Shown: one piece after another, positions 62,079 through 64,000 of the stretch | Position numbering within the stretch: the stretch's first letter is position 1 | How the letters are laid out: the number at the start of each line of letters is the position of its first letter | Source of the DNA: Mobula hypostoma | Taxonomy: Eukaryota | NCBI RefSeq assembly: GCF_963921235.1 | Contig: NC_086097.1 | Location: forward strand, 88,166,001 to 88,230,000 | Reading direction: 5' to 3' | Length of the DNA stretch: 64,000 bases | The notes under the pieces: generated by a model | Database searches by the model: none | The model's input: the letters and a program-made list of their open reading frames with translations, nothing else | What the model was told of the DNA's origin: nothing | Position numbers and translations under genes: made by a program

Positions 62079-63579
62079 GTCTAGAATATCAGGGGATATC
62101 AAGGCTTTGTTATGACAGCCATGAGCTCAATTAGAATGCCATAAAAACCTTTTTGGTTTGATGTAGTCCTTCAGGCATGGATTTCTGTCATCCTTACGTA
62201 GTCTGGCTTGTATGTGACTCTAGACACACCCCATCTATTTGAGTTATTAAGTGTGGATCAAGCCACTCAGCTAATGTTTGAATGGATTTCAGTGGTTGAA
62301 AGAAGGATCTCCTCACCCTCTGGAGCCATTAAAAAAGATGCCAGTCTTATCAGTGATGCTAAATCCCCAAAGTGCCATTCTTTCATCCTTGTAATCAGTT
62401 CTGTTGCTCTTTTCAATGACTCCAGTAAGGTTCTCATTTGCATGAGAATCTGTGTTTGAATATCATTTTTTGGAAATGTAGAGGCACACACTTGAGGTCT
62501 GAGCATTTCAGCTACATTGAAGACTTGTTTCTAGCTTTACATACTATTAAACAATTCGCCAGCTGAGAGCATGCTGAATAGAATTGTTGGCCAGTTGCAA
62601 ATGGCTGACATTCCAGAGCTAGGGAAATAATTTCAAACACATTTTGTTATTAAATAGTAATTAGGAATTCAGAGTAAAGTAGAAGATAATAAAGTGCAAC
62701 TTAATGATAGGAGAATTTAATATTGGAATATTCATAGTGCAGGAAGCCAAGGCAATTTGCAAGCAAGCAAACCTAATCTTCTCAGTAGCATTGCTACTAT
62801 GCACAATTTTTAAATAATACATCATGCCAGTATTACAAATCTGATGAAGTGTCATCTGATTCTGTGCTTGATTGATTGATCTGTCTAGTTCAATAGTAAA
62901 ATTCTTACAGCATTCAAATGCCATCGAAGCTGGAGGGGCCAGGTAGCTCTCCTGTCTCCACAAGCAAGATTCAGACTACCAGCTGGCAGAGTCATGACAG
63001 GGGACTGATGCAACCATATTTCCTCATTGTATGAAAGAGGATTTGACCTGATTGAGTGCCATCCTGCTCAGTCTGTTTGGCTCAGAATTTATGAAGATGC
63101 AGTCTGTAGGACTGGTGGCTTCTTCCACAGTAACATTGATGAAGTAAAGTTGACTTTATTGTCTTCATACATTAGTTGCAGAATTTATTTTTGACTGATT
63201 TGAAATTATCATTGCCAATAAGCAATAAAACTGTATGCCATTTGAAAAAATATTATCTATTGGGAAATGACCTTTACCAAATTATGTAAGAAAAATTATC
63301 TACAGAAGTCATTCAGTTAAATGCAATTTTTCCATAAACATTATTTGAATCTTTACATTTTAAAAAAGGCTAAAAGATGGTATTTTTGAAACATTTAATT
63401 ATCAGTATGGACTAAGAATATTTGCTGATTGGCACAAACAAGATAAGAACATCTTGTGAAAACTAATCGATTACATTAACATTGCATTTTCAAGATTTTT
63501 GATTGGGATATTATTTAAACTTTGAAGTTGTGACTCATTGACGCCTTCAGTATTCTGAGAGAGGGTTTATTTACATTTG

Positions 63580-64000
63580 AAATGGCAAGGACTGATTATG
63601 AATAGTAAGTATAGATTTTTGTGTGGGAAATCATGTTTCAAAAATTTGAGTTTTTTTGAAGACATGACCATGGGGATTGATGAGGACAGAGCAGTAGAAA
63701 TTGTCAGTGTGGTCTTTTACAACTTCCTGCATGGTAGGCTAGTCTGGAAGGTGAGAAAGGATGGAATCCAGAGTGACCGAGCAAATTGGATACAAATTTT
63801 GCTTGGTGGCAGGAGCTAGAGCCAGGTAGTGGAGAATTTGTTTCCCACAGCAGTGGTGCCTCAAAGTAGAGGACACAAGACAGAAAGTTTAAAGAGGATC
63901 TGATGGATACATATTTTTGCACAATGTGTAGCTGGTATCTGGAATGAGCTGCCAGAGGAGGTGAAGGAGGAAGGAACTACAACAACATTTAAAAGAAATA
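63580..64000 (+). mobile_element. Decayed CR1 RT fragment running off the window
   Basis: GKSCFKNLSFFEDMT..HGRLVWKVRKDGIQ..NWIQ. Confidence 0.7.

Larger units (their letters stand above)
3565..64000 (+). other. rgs6: Large intron of rgs6 after the first coding exon, continuing beyond the window
   Basis: GT donor at 3565. I found no sequence encoding the expected next exon (approximately EDIITKMQD..G.PIRTVKSFLSKIP). The region is dominated by repeats. A very long intron here is typical of RGS6/RGS7. Confidence 0.65.

Noticed and set aside
1..64000. tRNA, rRNA, snRNA or known miRNA genes; most short ORF-track entries
   Set aside because: None recognised by eye. The short ORFs are antisense or off-frame reads of repeats, or random. 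A covariance-model search would be needed to exclude small RNAs.

Overview
Vertebrate genomic DNA, most likely a cartilaginous fish (ray or shark). This is inferred from the CR1, Rex1/Babar, Tx1, Penelope and V-SINE repeat content, not from a marker gene. The only host coding sequence I can recognise is a first coding exon on the + strand (3481-3564, MAQGSSEEIVAGGSEPEETSPNMLVYRK) that matches RGS6. It sits in a CpG-rich promoter region (~2400-4200) that also has strong minus-strand splice donors, suggesting an overlapping antisense or divergent transcript. The remaining ~60 kb appears to be one large intron filled with nested, mostly decayed transposable elements: CR1, Rex1/Babar, RTE, Tx1, L1, Penelope-like fragments, SINEs, and Tc1, Tigger and hAT DNA transposons. 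The points most worth a second look are: (1) Penelope-derived fragments carrying minimal hammerhead ribozyme motifs, two with intact cores; (2) a young-looking L1 with 5'UTR, ORF1 and endonuclease but no reverse transcriptase, inserted in a Tc1; (3) two long hairpins (18141-18314 and ~58978-59200); (4) a possible HDV-like ribozyme in an RTE-like insert. Most ORF-track entries are spurious or are repeat fragments. Repeat boundaries were estimated by eye and are approximate unless terminal repeats or target-site duplications (TSDs) are quoted.
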